A stretch of DNA of 64,000 nt, taken from the NCBI GenBank assembly GCA_947473325.1, contig CANJEJ010000003.1, positions 9,372 through 73,371 of the forward strand. Direction: 5' to 3'. The notes beneath the pieces were generated by a model. The model had not been told where the DNA came from, did no database searches, and saw only the letters and a program-made list of their open reading frames with translations. Shown in pieces: positions 50,123 to 60,325 of this stretch. Source of the stretch: Alphaproteobacteria bacterium. GTDB taxonomy: Bacteria > Pseudomonadota > Alphaproteobacteria > SHVP01. Each line of letters starts with the position of its first letter. Position 1 is the first letter of the stretch. Position numbers and translations under genes: made by a program.

Positions 50123-50839
50123 TCACGCGGCAACGAAAGCGAGATAGGACTCGGCCACATCCTCGACCGCCGCCATCAGAAGCTTCTCACCGTCTTCTAC
50201 CGTCGCAAGCGACGGGTCGGAGGCCATGCGGCCGTCGGGGAACTTTGCGCGATAGTCGCTTGCATCGCCATAGGACTGGGCCCGGCCAGGTTCACCCAGA
50301 ACAGCAACATGAATTCTACCCGGCACCAGCGCCATCGTGACGGCGATTTCCGACGGAGTGGCGTGAAAGCCCTCGCGCGCGCCATAGAGCGTGCTTCGCA
50401 AGGCCTTGGCGCGTGGCCCCATCCACCAGTTCAGGGCCTGGCAGCGCAGGTCGGGCAATGCGGGTTCAAGCGTGGCAAATACCGTCTTCAGCGCGGCGCT
50501 GTTGCCGCCATGGCCATTCACCACGAGCACGCGGCGAAACCCATGTCGCGCCAGGGAGCGCAGCGTGTCGCCGACCGCAGCCATGAAGGTCTCGGCCGTG
50601 AGGGCGAGCGTGCCGGGAAAGGCCATGTGGTGTTCGGCTACGCCAAACGGGAGGACCGGAGCCACCAGCGTATCGACATGGTCCGCGACACGGTCTGCAA
50701 CCGCGCTGGCGGTCAGCGAGTCCGTGCCAAGGAGGCCGGTGGGACCGTGCTGTTCGGTCGAGCCGACGGGGAGCAGGATTCCGGTATGGCGGCGAAGCCG
50801 CGCCTCGACCTCGGGCCAGGTGCAATGGTCGAGGCGCAC
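50123..50839 (-). CDS. Creatininase-family amidohydrolase
   Basis: LTWPEVEA...VGSTEQHGP signature; GTG start inferred because the upstream in-frame extension would overlap the GNAT gene. Confidence 0.7.
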   Translation of the reverse strand: MRLDHCTWPEVEARLRRHTGILLPVGSTEQHGPTGLLGTDSLTASAVADRVADHVDTLVAPVLPFGVAEHHMAFPGTLALTAETFMAAVGDTLRSLARHGFRRVLVVNGHGGNSAALKTVFATLEPALPDLRCQALNWWMGPRAKALRSTLYGAREGFHATPSEIAVTMALVPGRIHVAVLGEPGRAQSYGDASDYRAKFPDGRMASDPSLATVEDGEKLLMAAVEDVAESYLAFVAA

Positions 50840-50843
50840 CCTC

Positions 50844-51341
50844 TCAGACCACGAGGAACTTGGCGCGCATTTCCTCGTCGAAATAGTTCGGGCCGACCTT
50901 GATGGCGCGCCGCTCAACGCCATAGAGCTTGAAGCCGATGCGATCGAAGAAGCGGCGAGCGCGGCCATTCGTGCTGACGACGCGCGCGTGGATGATCTCA
51001 TAATGGGCCTGGGCGCGGGCAATCACGGCATCGACGATAATCTCGGCAATCCCTGTGCCGCGGTGCTCCTCGGTCACATAGACGCCCCACAGGTGGCATT
51101 TATGCGCAAGCTTCGGATGATGATTGCCGCGCAGGCCCGCCATGCCGACAAGCTTGTCGTCGATGAAGCCGCCGACGACCATGTCGTCGCGCAGGATTTC
51201 GCGAAAATGCTCGTCGTCCCGGTCCTGCTCGCGCGCCAGCGAGGCGCCGAAGGCTTCCGGATTGTTGGCGAGGCCTTCGAGGCGCAGCGCACGAAAGATC
51301 GCGACGTCGGCCTCCGTCAGCACGCGGGCGCTTTTCTTCAT
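50844..51341 (-). CDS. GNAT-family N-acetyltransferase
   Basis: Motif A region (VYVTEEHRGTGIA). Confidence 0.75.
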   Translation of the reverse strand: MKKSARVLTEADVAIFRALRLEGLANNPEAFGASLAREQDRDDEHFREILRDDMVVGGFIDDKLVGMAGLRGNHHPKLAHKCHLWGVYVTEEHRGTGIAEIIVDAVIARAQAHYEIIHARVVSTNGRARRFFDRIGFKLYGVERRAIKVGPNYFDEEMRAKFLVV

Positions 51342-51481
51342 TTTCCTTCCCCCTGATCCGGCCGGGATTGTGACCGCAGCCCCTGTCGGTAGCAATGATT
51401 CCCTGCGACGCTGGACTGCCTTCCCCGAAGCTTCAATAATCGCCGTCACACCGCCTGACCAGACCCGCACCGGGGAAGAAG

Positions 51482-53416
51482 ATGCAGCAATCCTCCACCT
51501 ATCCCGTTCCCACCGCCTGGGCGAAGAAGGCCTGGGTCGACCAGGCCGGTTACGAGGAATTGTACAAGCGATCGATCGCCGACCCGGAAGGCTTCTGGGC
51601 CGAACAGGCGAAGCGCATCGACTGGATCAAGCCCTGGACGCGGGTGAAGAACACGACCTTCTCAGGCGATGTCTCGATCCGCTGGTATGAGGGTGGGCAG
51701 CTCAACGTCAGCGCCAACTGCCTCGACCGCCACCTGCCCACACGCGGCAATCAGGTTGCGATCATCTGGGAAGGGGATGACCCCAACACATCCCGCAGCA
51801 TCACCTATGCCGAGGCACATGCCGAAACCTGCCGCATGGCCAATGTGCTGAAGGCACACGGCGTCAGGAAGGGCGACCGCGTCACCATCTACATGCCGAT
51901 GATCCCCGAAGCGGCTTATGCGATGCTGGCCTGCGCCCGCATCGGTGCCGTGCATTCGGTGGTGTTCGGCGGCTTCTCGCCCGAGGCGCTGGCCGGCCGC
52001 ATCCTGGATTGCGATTCGCAATTCGTCATCACCGCCGACGAAGGCCTGCGCGGCGGCAAGCCCGTGCCGCTGAAACGCAACACCGACGAGGCGCTGACCA
52101 AGTGCCCCGGCGTGAAAAAGGTTCTGGTCATCGAGCGCACCCGCGCCGGCGTGCCGATGCAGGCGGGGCGCGACCTGCGCTACGGCGATGAACGCGCCAA
52201 GGTGAGCGCGCAATGCGCGCCGGAACCGATGGATGCGGAAGCACCGCTGTTCATCCTCTACACGTCCGGTTCGACCGGGAAGCCGAAGGGCGTGCTGCAC
52301 ACCAGCGGCGGCTACATCGTATACACCTCGATGACGCACCAATATGTGTTCGACTACCACGAAGGCGACATCTACTGGTGCACGGCGGATGTGGGCTGGG
52401 TGACGGGCCACAGTTATATCGTCTATGGCCCGCTCGCCAACGGCGCGACCACGCTGATGTTCGAAGGCGTTCCGAACTACCCCGATTCGTCACGAGTCTG
52501 GCAGGTCTGCGACAAGCACAAGGTCAACATCTTCTACACCGCACCCACGGCCATCCGCGCGCTGATGCGCGAAGGCGACGGGCCGGTGAAGAAAGCAAGA
52601 CGCGACACGCTGCGCCTGCTGGGTTCCGTCGGCGAGCCGATCAATCCGGAAGCCTGGGAGTGGTATCACAAGGTCGTCGGCGAAGGCCGCTGCCCCATCG
52701 TCGACACCTGGTGGCAGACGGAAACCGGCGGCATCCTGATCACGCCGCTGCCCGGCGCGACGCCGCTCAAGCCCGGCTCAGCGACGAAACCTTTCTTCGG
52801 TATCAAGCCGGCACTGGTCGATAACGAGGGCAAGCTGCTGGAAGGCGCGACCAGCGGCAACCTGTGCATCATCGATTCCTGGCCGGGCCAGATGCGCACG
52901 GTCTATGGCGACCACAAGCGCTTCATCGAGACCTATTTCAGCCAGTTCCCCGGCAAGTATTTTACCGGCGACGGCTGCCGCCGGGACGAGGACGGCTATT
53001 ACTGGATCACCGGCCGCGTCGACGACGTAATCAATGTGGCCGGTCATCGCCTGGGCACGGCCGAGGTGGAAAGCGCGCTGGTCGCGCATCAGTTCGTGGC
53101 CGAGGCGGCCGTGGTCGGTTTCCCGCACGACATCAAGGGTCAGGGCATCTATGCCTATGTCACCCTGAATATCGGGACGTCGCCCAGCGAAGATCTGCGC
53201 AAGGAATTGCTGCTATGGGTGCGCAAGGAGATCAGCCCGATTGCCACGCCTGACGTGATCCAATGGGCGCCCGGACTGCCCAAGACGCGGTCGGGCAAGA
53301 TCATGCGCCGCATCCTGCGCAAGATCGCCGAGAACGATTTTGGCAATCTGGGTGATACCTCGACGCTCGCCGATCCTGCCGTGGTCGATGACTTGGTGAA
53401 GAATCGCGCCAAGTGA
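51482..53416 (+). CDS. acs: Acetyl-coenzyme A synthetase
   Basis: 644 aa with AMP-binding motif ([11 protein letters not shown]) and typical Acs N-terminus. Confidence 0.9.
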   Translation: MQQSSTYPVPTAWAKKAWVDQAGYEELYKRSIADPEGFWAEQAKRIDWIKPWTRVKNTTFSGDVSIRWYEGGQLNVSANCLDRHLPTRGNQVAIIWEGDDPNTSRSITYAEAHAETCRMANVLKAHGVRKGDRVTIYMPMIPEAAYAMLACARIGAVHSVVFGGFSPEALAGRILDCDSQFVITADEGLRGGKPVPLKRNTDEALTKCPGVKKVLVIERTRAGVPMQAGRDLRYGDERAKVSAQCAPEPMDAEAPLFILYTSGSTGKPKGVLHTSGGYIVYTSMTHQYVFDYHEGDIYWCTADVGWVTGHSYIVYGPLANGATTLMFEGVPNYPDSSRVWQVCDKHKVNIFYTAPTAIRALMREGDGPVKKARRDTLRLLGSVGEPINPEAWEWYHKVVGEGRCPIVDTWWQTETGGILITPLPGATPLKPGSATKPFFGIKPALVDNEGKLLEGATSGNLCIIDSWPGQMRTVYGDHKRFIETYFSQFPGKYFTGDGCRRDEDGYYWITGRVDDVINVAGHRLGTAEVESALVAHQFVAEAAVVGFPHDIKGQGIYAYVTLNIGTSPSEDLRKELLLWVRKEISPIATPDVIQWAPGLPKTRSGKIMRRILRKIAENDFGNLGDTSTLADPAVVDDLVKNRAK

Positions 53417-53417
53417 G

Positions 53418-53855
53418 CTAGCGCGCGTTGCACCACGGTGCCCGGCGACCACCGTCATAGGGCCGCGCCAGGCCGGCAGCGATGAGGTGATCGGCGAGCG
53501 ACACGCCCTGGGCGTCGCGCACCTCGGCCCGCACGCGGCCGCCATACTTGTCCGTCTGCACGTCGTAGAGCGTGACGGCGGCGTCACTCGCTTCGCGGCG
53601 CAAGAGCGCGCGGGCTTCCTGGGCAAGCTGCTGTTCGCGGACGCAGGCGCCGCGTAACTCCGGCGTGTCGATACCAGCAAGGCGAACCGCCACCTTCACC
53701 TGTTGACCAAGCCAGATCTGGGCGGTCACCTCGACCGTGTCGCCATCCACCACGCGCAGCACCGAGGCCGGAATGGGCCCGGGCAGGCGTTCGGCGGCTG
53801 ACGCGGCCGGAATCAAGGCCGCAACAAGAGCGATAAGGAGAAGCGTACGAAACAT
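53418..53855 (-). CDS. Thermonuclease (SNase-like) family protein, secreted
   Basis: Signal peptide and VVDGDTVEV OB-fold nuclease motif. Confidence 0.7.
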   Translation of the reverse strand: MFRTLLLIALVAALIPAASAAERLPGPIPASVLRVVDGDTVEVTAQIWLGQQVKVAVRLAGIDTPELRGACVREQQLAQEARALLRREASDAAVTLYDVQTDKYGGRVRAEVRDAQGVSLADHLIAAGLARPYDGGRRAPWCNAR

Positions 53856-53907
53856 GGGATCATTGTCCCATGAAGGCCATCGTCTGGCAAGAACTTCGTC
53901 CTAGAAA

Positions 53908-54075
53908 TCAGAAATCGACTGCGATGCCCTTTCTTTCCCAATCGCCGTAGCGCGTGGGCTCCGGGCCCTTGCGCCCACCCACTTCGGGGGCCGGACTGGC
54001 TTCGGGTACCGGCGCCGGAATGGCCGGATCAGGCTTGGTGACGGCGGGCGTGTCGGTTTTTTCGGGCTTGGACAT
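53908..54075 (-). CDS. Small DUF1674-family protein (55 aa) not listed in the ORF track
   Basis: Hand translation gives MSKPEKTDTPAVTKPDPAIPAPVPEASPAPEVGGRKGPEPTRYGDWERKGIAVDF*. The C-terminal PTRYGDWEKKG(I/C)xxDF matches the DUF1674 signature. Confidence 0.6.
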   Translation of the reverse strand: MSKPEKTDTPAVTKPDPAIPAPVPEASPAPEVGGRKGPEPTRYGDWERKGIAVDF

Positions 54076-54188
54076 GGTCGCTCGGCTTCAGGCAATTCGC
54101 TTGGGGCGGGTGTCCCCTTTATACTGGGGACGAACTCGTCAAAACCCAAGAGGTTCAGCCCGTCTGCGCAAGCGGCGGCGTTTCTCCC

Positions 54189-54944
54189 ATGAGCCAATCC
54201 CGCCTGATCGCCGGCCTTGCACTGGCCGCCGCAACACTGCTGAGCCTGGGCTGGGCCACGGTCGCCCTGCCCGGCGCGCTGCTCGCCACCGCTGTGATGA
54301 TGCTGGCCGTCTTCGCCTGCGCGGCTTTCGGCCGTCAGGTGACGGCGGCGCGTTTCGCCGGACCATCAGCGAACCTGTCGTCCGCACCCATGCTCGTCCG
54401 CGCCGCCACGGAACTTGCGCACCAGGCTGGCTTGCCGACACCGCGCCTGTATGTCACCGACAGCGAGCAGATGAATGCCTGCACCCTGACGGATGCCGAC
54501 GGCGCGCGTATCGCCGTCAGCACCGCCCTGTTGCGCCGCCTGCGCCCGGAGGAACTTGCCGCCGTACTCGCCCATGAACTCGCCCATGTCCGCGGCAAGG
54601 ATTCGCGCCGGCTGGGCACCAGCGCGGTGCTGCTGGGCATCGCAAGTCTGGCATTGAGCCTCGCGGCGCTTTCGCTGCTGGCACGCAACGACAGCTTCGT
54701 ATCGACCCTGTTTCTGCTGCTGCCTATTTTCCTCGCCGCCGCCTGGACACAGATGGCGCTGTGCCGGGCACGCGAATATCGCGCCGATGCCGTTGCCGCC
54801 GCCTTGTGCGGCCATCCGCAATGGATCGCCGCCGCACTCGACCGCGTACCGGATGGCGACGACGATCGCGCCGGTTTCAGCAGCCACCCACCCGTGCGGG
54901 ATCGCATTACCCGACTGCATGCCATGGCGGGCCCATGGCTCTGA
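54189..54944 (+). CDS. M48-family zinc metalloprotease (HtpX-like)
   Basis: N-terminal TM helices and HEXXH (LAHELAHV). Confidence 0.75.
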   Translation: MSQSRLIAGLALAAATLLSLGWATVALPGALLATAVMMLAVFACAAFGRQVTAARFAGPSANLSSAPMLVRAATELAHQAGLPTPRLYVTDSEQMNACTLTDADGARIAVSTALLRRLRPEELAAVLAHELAHVRGKDSRRLGTSAVLLGIASLALSLAALSLLARNDSFVSTLFLLLPIFLAAAWTQMALCRAREYRADAVAAALCGHPQWIAAALDRVPDGDDDRAGFSSHPPVRDRITRLHAMAGPWL

Positions 54945-56272
54945 ACACCCGGCACAATTCCCGGCGCGCGGCCGCCCCCGTCGGCGCCCGTGCCGCCGCG
55001 CTGGAAGCCCTTTGCCAGATCGAGCGGGGTGTGGCGCCAGCCGACGCACTGGCCCCGCACACCGCCTCGCTCGACGGACGCGACCAGGGCTTCGCGCATC
55101 TTCTCGTGCTGACAACCCTGCGCCGACGCGGCCAGATCGATTCGTTGCTGAAAACCTGCCTGGCGCACCCCTTGCCGCGCGCCGCTGCGCGCATCCGCGA
55201 CCTGCTGCGCCTGGGTGTGGCGCAAATCCTGTTCCTTGAGACGCCGGCGCACGCTGCTGTGGATACCGCCGTCGACCTGGCGACTGCGGAACCGGGCCGC
55301 TTCGCGCCTTTGGTGAATGCCGTGCTGCGCCGCGTGGTGCGTGAACGCGCCGCGTTGACCGTTTTCGCCAATGATCCGGTCGCCAACGTGCCACGCTGGC
55401 TGTGGCAGTCCTGGGTCGCGGCCTATGGCGAGACGACCGCCCGCGCCATTGCCACCGCCCATGCCAACGAACCACCGCTCGACCTCAGCCTGAAGGACGA
55501 AGCCAGCCGTGATGTCTGGCTAGCGGCGCTGAATGCCGAAGCGATGCCCGGCGGCTCTCTCCGCCTGCGCAATGCGGGCCGTATCGAAGCGTTGCCCGGC
55601 TTCGCCGATGGCGCCTGGTGGGTGCAGGACATGGCCGCCGCGCTTCCAGTGCGCCTGCTGCTGGATGGCCTGGCGCAACAAGGGCGCGGCGAGCATGCCG
55701 CCGTGGTCGATCTGTGTGCCGCGCCGGGCGGCAAGACCGCGCAGCTGGCAGCCGCCGGGCACAGCGTGACCGCGGTCGACAAAGCATCAGACCGGCTCAC
55801 CACCGTGCGCGAGAATCTCGAACGGCTGAAATTGTCCGCCGCTTGCGTCGCCGCGGATGGCCGTCAGTGGAAGCCGGCGGCTCCCGTGGATGGCGTGCTG
55901 CTTGATGCCCCCTGTTCGGCCACCGGCACAATCCGGCGCCATCCGGACATCGCCTGGACGAAATCGGCCGCGCAACTACCCAGCCTGTGCGACCTGCAGG
56001 CCAGCCTTCTCGACGCGGCGGCGGACTATGTCGCGCCCGGCGGCGTGCTGGTCTATGCCGTGTGCTCGCTGCAGGCGGAAGAGGGTGAGCAACAGGCCGG
56101 CGCCTTCCTGCAGCGAATGGGGGGCCGCTTCCAAAGGATGCCGGCATCCGCAGCCGTCGTGGGAGGTCTGCCCTGCATTGATCCGCGCGGCGACCTGCGC
56201 ACCCTGCCCTGTGATCTGGCCGAACAAGGCGGCATGGATGGGTTCTTTGCCGCGCGCTTCGTGCGGAGCTAG
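54935..56272 (+). CDS. rsmB: 16S rRNA (cytosine967-C5)-methyltransferase
   Basis: NusB-like N-domain, SAM motif DLCAAPGGKT, catalytic DAPCSATG. Confidence 0.85.
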   Translation: MALNTRHNSRRAAAPVGARAAALEALCQIERGVAPADALAPHTASLDGRDQGFAHLLVLTTLRRRGQIDSLLKTCLAHPLPRAAARIRDLLRLGVAQILFLETPAHAAVDTAVDLATAEPGRFAPLVNAVLRRVVRERAALTVFANDPVANVPRWLWQSWVAAYGETTARAIATAHANEPPLDLSLKDEASRDVWLAALNAEAMPGGSLRLRNAGRIEALPGFADGAWWVQDMAAALPVRLLLDGLAQQGRGEHAAVVDLCAAPGGKTAQLAAAGHSVTAVDKASDRLTTVRENLERLKLSAACVAADGRQWKPAAPVDGVLLDAPCSATGTIRRHPDIAWTKSAAQLPSLCDLQASLLDAAADYVAPGGVLVYAVCSLQAEEGEQQAGAFLQRMGGRFQRMPASAAVVGGLPCIDPRGDLRTLPCDLAEQGGMDGFFAARFVRS

Positions 56273-56325
56273 CGCAATATCTCCCGCACCTTGCGGGCGA
56301 TTCGCGTCTTTGTTAGGAAAGATCG

Positions 56326-56991
56326 ATGCAACAGGCCGTCCGGATTGCGCCGTCGATCCTCGCCGCCGATTTTTCTCGCCTCGGCGAGGAAATTCGCGCC
56401 GTGGAGGCCGGCGGTGCCGACTACATCCATATCGATGTGATGGACGGCCATTTCGTGCCGAACCTGACCATCGGCGCCGGCGTGGTAAAAGCCCTGCGCC
56501 CGCATACCGCGCTGCCGTTCGACGTGCATCTGATGATCTCGCCGGTCGATGCCTTTGTTGCTGGCTTCGCCGAAGCCGGGGCGAACATCATCACCGTGCA
56601 TCCTGAAGCCGGGCCGCATGTCCATCGCACGGTGCAACTCATCCGTTCGCTGGGCTGCAAGCCGGGGCTCGCCCTCAATCCCGGCACGCCGGCAGAAGTG
56701 GTCGACAACCTGATCGACAGCATCGACCTCATCCTGGTCATGAGCGTCAATCCGGGCTTTGGCGGCCAAAGCTTCATCGACAGCCAGCTCGCCAAGATCG
56801 GCGCCATTCGCCGGAAGATCGATGCCAGCGGCCGCGCCATCGACCTGGAAGTCGACGGCGGTATCACGACGAAAACTGCACCCAGCGTGATTGCCGCCGG
56901 CGCCGACGTCCTGGTCGCCGGCACCGCCACCTTTACCGGGGGTGCGGCGCAATACGGCCGGAACATCGCCGCACTGCGGTCTGGCCGGTGA
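56326..56991 (+). CDS. rpe: Ribulose-phosphate 3-epimerase
   Basis: IAPSILAADFSRLGEE...HIDVMDGHFVPN signature. Confidence 0.9.
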   Translation: MQQAVRIAPSILAADFSRLGEEIRAVEAGGADYIHIDVMDGHFVPNLTIGAGVVKALRPHTALPFDVHLMISPVDAFVAGFAEAGANIITVHPEAGPHVHRTVQLIRSLGCKPGLALNPGTPAEVVDNLIDSIDLILVMSVNPGFGGQSFIDSQLAKIGAIRRKIDASGRAIDLEVDGGITTKTAPSVIAAGADVLVAGTATFTGGAAQYGRNIAALRSGR

Positions 56992-58658
56992 CATCACCCA
57001 CCCCGCCCCCGGCGGGATCGCCGCCCGCCATTTTTTCACGCCAGCCAAAGGGACTGGCGGAGCGATTCTATGCCACCGGGCTCTATCGCCTGTGGCTCGA
57101 CCGGGGCCGGCCGCGCACCCCCGTCGCCACCCCGCGCGACCCGATTCTGGGTGAGGCCGAGCGGGCCAACGCCTTTTTCCAGGGCCATTTCGATCTGGCT
57201 GGCCAGCGCGTGCAGTCCACCAACCGGGCCCCTTGGGACGTACCGCCGCCCAGTGCCGATTTTGCCGTCGCGCTGCATGGCTTTGTCTGGCTCCGCGACT
57301 TTCGTGCCGCCGCGACCAGCCTGACGGCGCGCAAGACGGCGCGTGACCTGATCCGCAACTGGGCCTTGCGCCATCGCAACTGGGATCCCTTTACCTGGCG
57401 CATCGACATCCTGAGCCGCCGGATCTGGGCCTGGCTGTGCAGCGCCGAGTTTCTGCTGACCGATGCCGATCCGCTCTTCCGGCAAGAATTTCTCGCCAGC
57501 CTGCACCGCCAGTCGCGCCATCTCGCGGCGACGGCACGGCGCGCGCCGGCGGGCCTGCAACGCCTGGAAGCGATGGCGGCGCTGCTGATCGTTGCCGTGT
57601 TCCTGTCTGGACGACGACGCGGCATCCAGCGCGCGCGCGAGGCGTTGCTCGCCGAGATTGAGGCACAAATTCTCCCCGACGGGGGCCATGTCAGCCGCAA
57701 TCCCTTGTCGATGGTGCGGGCCTTCGAAGTGCTCGTTTGCCTGCGCGCGGCGCTCGCCGTTCACCGCGTGGATATTCCCGGCGCGCTGGTCGGCGCCATC
57801 GACCGCATCGCCCCCACGCTGCGGATGCTGCGCCATGGCGACGGCGGCTTCGCGGTGTTTCATGGCGGGCACGAAGGCAACAAAGGCGACGTTGAAACGC
57901 TGCTGCGTCTGAGCGATGCCGAAAGCAAGCCATCGAACAGCGCGCCCTATGCCGGCTACGAGCGCCTGACAGCAGGGCGCAGCCTTGTCATCCTCGACAG
58001 CGGACCGCAGGACGCGCGGGCGCGTTCGACCTACGCCGGGCCATTGGCGCTCGAGTTGTCGGTCGGACGCGACCGCGTCGTCGTCAATTGCGGCCCCTGG
58101 CCGGGCGAGGATGAGAACTGGCACAAGGCCAGCCGCGCCACTGCCGCACATTCCACGCTGGTGATCGACGACCGTAGCGCCGCTACGACGCCGCCGCGCG
58201 GCGGAAGCACCGAAGCTGCGTTGCGCGGGGTCGCCACCGATAGCCACTGGGTGGAGGCGCGCAGCGACGGCTACGTCAACCGGTTCGGCGTCGCGCATCG
58301 GCGCCGCCTGCATCTGGCGCGCGATGGCTATGAGCTGGTAGGCGAGGACACGCTGGATGCGGCGAAGCCGGAGGGGCAGTTGCCGATGGCGCAGAATGTC
58401 GTGCTGCGCTTCCACCTGCATCCGCTGGTAAAAGCGTCACCGATCCGCAACGGCGATGAAATCCTGCTCGCGCTTCCATCGGGCGCGGGCTGGTCCTTCG
58501 CGGCGCTGGGCGGCCAGCCGCAGCTCGAGGACAGCATCTACATAGGCCATGGCCATGAAGCGCGGCGCAGCCAGCAGATCGTGGTGACCGTGCCGCTGGA
58601 CAAGGGCACCGGCCGCACGACCTGGCGTTTCGCCCGGATCGAAGACAGCCGGAACTGA
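56988..58658 (+). CDS. Heparinase II/III-family protein
   Basis: ~556 aa; a conserved alphaproteobacterial partner downstream of rpe. Confidence 0.65.
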   Translation: MTSPTPPPAGSPPAIFSRQPKGLAERFYATGLYRLWLDRGRPRTPVATPRDPILGEAERANAFFQGHFDLAGQRVQSTNRAPWDVPPPSADFAVALHGFVWLRDFRAAATSLTARKTARDLIRNWALRHRNWDPFTWRIDILSRRIWAWLCSAEFLLTDADPLFRQEFLASLHRQSRHLAATARRAPAGLQRLEAMAALLIVAVFLSGRRRGIQRAREALLAEIEAQILPDGGHVSRNPLSMVRAFEVLVCLRAALAVHRVDIPGALVGAIDRIAPTLRMLRHGDGGFAVFHGGHEGNKGDVETLLRLSDAESKPSNSAPYAGYERLTAGRSLVILDSGPQDARARSTYAGPLALELSVGRDRVVVNCGPWPGEDENWHKASRATAAHSTLVIDDRSAATTPPRGGSTEAALRGVATDSHWVEARSDGYVNRFGVAHRRRLHLARDGYELVGEDTLDAAKPEGQLPMAQNVVLRFHLHPLVKASPIRNGDEILLALPSGAGWSFAALGGQPQLEDSIYIGHGHEARRSQQIVVTVPLDKGTGRTTWRFARIEDSRN

Positions 58659-58676
58659 CCGGTTTTACTGGCTTGC

Positions 58677-59951
58677 CTAGAGGTCCCAGCGGCGCAGGCC
58701 GCCCGGGAAGCTCTGGCCGCGCCAGATGCCCTTGATATCGGCGACAACGCCATTCGGCGCCAGCAACTGCGCAAGATCCGCGCCGCTCAGCTTCTTGTAG
58801 TCGTCATGCGCCACAGCGCCGACGACCGCCGCATAGGAGCCGCCCGTCGGCAGCTTCGACATCAGCGTCACGCCGTAATGCGCAACTGCCTCGTCGGGAT
58901 CGGCGATGGGGTCGTGCACATCGACTTCGTAGCCGTGCTTGCGGAAACCCTCGATCACGTCGACGACCTTGGTGTTGCGCAGGTCAGGGACGTTTTCCTT
59001 GAAGGTGAGGCCGAGCATCAGCACGCGGCCCTTCACCGTGCCCATCGCGCCGACGATCTCGTCGGCGATATAGCCGCCCATGCCGTCGTTGATGCGCCGG
59101 CCCGCGAGGATGACGTCGGGATGGTGGCCGATTTCGAGCGACTTTGCCGCAAGGTAGTAGGGATCGACACCGATGCAATGGCCGCCGACGAGGCCGGGGC
59201 GGAAGTCGAGGAAGTTCCACTTCGTCTTTGCCGCATCGAGCACGTCGTAGACCGACATGCCGAGCTTGTGGAAGATCATCGTCACTTCGTTGATGAAGGC
59301 GATGTTGATGTCGCGCTGCGCGTTCTCGATCACCTTCGCCGCTTCGGCCGTCTTGATGTCACGCGCGCGGAATACGCCACCGCTTGTCACCGAGCCATAA
59401 ATCTGGGCCAGGAGCTCCGTCACAGCGGGCGTCTGGCCGGCAATGACCTTGGTGATGCGATCGACCGTGTGCTCGCGGTCGCCCGGATTGATGCGCTCCG
59501 GCGAGTAGCCGAGGAAGAAATCGACGCCGCATTTCAGGCCCGACGCGGCTTCCAGATCGGGACCGCAGATGTCCTCGGTCACGCCGGGATAGACCGTGCT
59601 TTCAAAGACGACAACGGCGCCCTTGCCAAGCTGTTTGCCGACGCTGCGGCAGGCAGAGCGCACCGGGGTGAGATCGGGCTGATTTTTTTCGTCCACCGGT
59701 GTCGGAACGGTGACGATAAACACGTCCGTCCCCTTCATGTCGTCCGGCGTGCTCGACACCTTCAATGTCGAGGCCATGAGCTTTTCGGGCTCGACCTCGC
59801 CGGTGCTATCCTTGCCTGCGCGCAGTTCGGCAATGCGCGGCGCGCTGATGTCGAAGCCGAGGACCGCGTATTTGCGGGCCAGAGCCACCGCGAGCGGCAG
59901 GCCTACATAGCCAAGGCCGATAATCGAAATGCGGGGATTTTCTGGGAACAT
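58677..59951 (-). CDS. Nucleotide-sugar (UDP-N-acetyl-D-glucosamine/mannosamine) 6-dehydrogenase, WbpA/TviB/WecC-like
   Basis: ISIIGLGYVGLP Rossmann fold, catalytic GGHCIG. Start at the internal MFPENP. Confidence 0.8.
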   Translation of the reverse strand: MFPENPRISIIGLGYVGLPLAVALARKYAVLGFDISAPRIAELRAGKDSTGEVEPEKLMASTLKVSSTPDDMKGTDVFIVTVPTPVDEKNQPDLTPVRSACRSVGKQLGKGAVVVFESTVYPGVTEDICGPDLEAASGLKCGVDFFLGYSPERINPGDREHTVDRITKVIAGQTPAVTELLAQIYGSVTSGGVFRARDIKTAEAAKVIENAQRDINIAFINEVTMIFHKLGMSVYDVLDAAKTKWNFLDFRPGLVGGHCIGVDPYYLAAKSLEIGHHPDVILAGRRINDGMGGYIADEIVGAMGTVKGRVLMLGLTFKENVPDLRNTKVVDVIEGFRKHGYEVDVHDPIADPDEAVAHYGVTLMSKLPTGGSYAAVVGAVAHDDYKKLSGADLAQLLAPNGVVADIKGIWRGQSFPGGLRRWDL

Positions 59952-60252
59952 GTGCGGGGCGCCGTGTTTGAAGAGCGCCTGCACTAGCGGTGCGGCGCAT
60001 TTCTTGTCAATGGGCACCCGCGACGAGCGCCGGTTCGGAACCTGCCGCCGCGGGAGGAGGTTGGTCCCTGAGGGATGATCGCGGCACCAACACGCCGCGA
60101 CTATGGCGGGTTTGTGGCCGATGAAAAGAAACCGGATGCGCCTTGTCTTTCCCCCTTGTCGCACCACCTGCTGGACGGTCGCGGCCACCTTTCGTCCGCA
60201 GGTCTTCTGTGCCAATATCGTCGCACCGTCAGGCTGGTGTCTCCACCGGGTG

Positions 60253-60264
60253 GGCGGTAGCATG
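60253..60264 (+). promoter_or_regulatory. ops-like element GGCGGTAGCaTG (11/12 match to the RfaH ops consensus GGCGGTAGCGTG) in the leader of the sugar-modification operon
   Basis: Read directly from the sequence ~60 nt upstream of the ATG at 60326. Confidence 0.3.
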
Positions 60265-60325
60265 GGCCGCGCTGCACAAAGCTCTGGCTTTCGGCCATCC
60301 CCTTGATTCAAAAGAAAAATTCACA

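Noticed and set aside
53901-54197. 98-aa minus-strand ORF in the track
   Set aside because: Pro/Arg-rich with no features. The adjacent-frame 55-aa DUF1674 ORF (53908..54075) explains the coding signal.
56273-56325. Hairpin cccgca-cct-tgcggg after rsmB
   Set aside because: Short stem with no immediate T-run; too weak to call a terminator.
57036-58421. 461-aa minus-strand ORF
   Set aside because: Antisense to the heparinase II/III gene.
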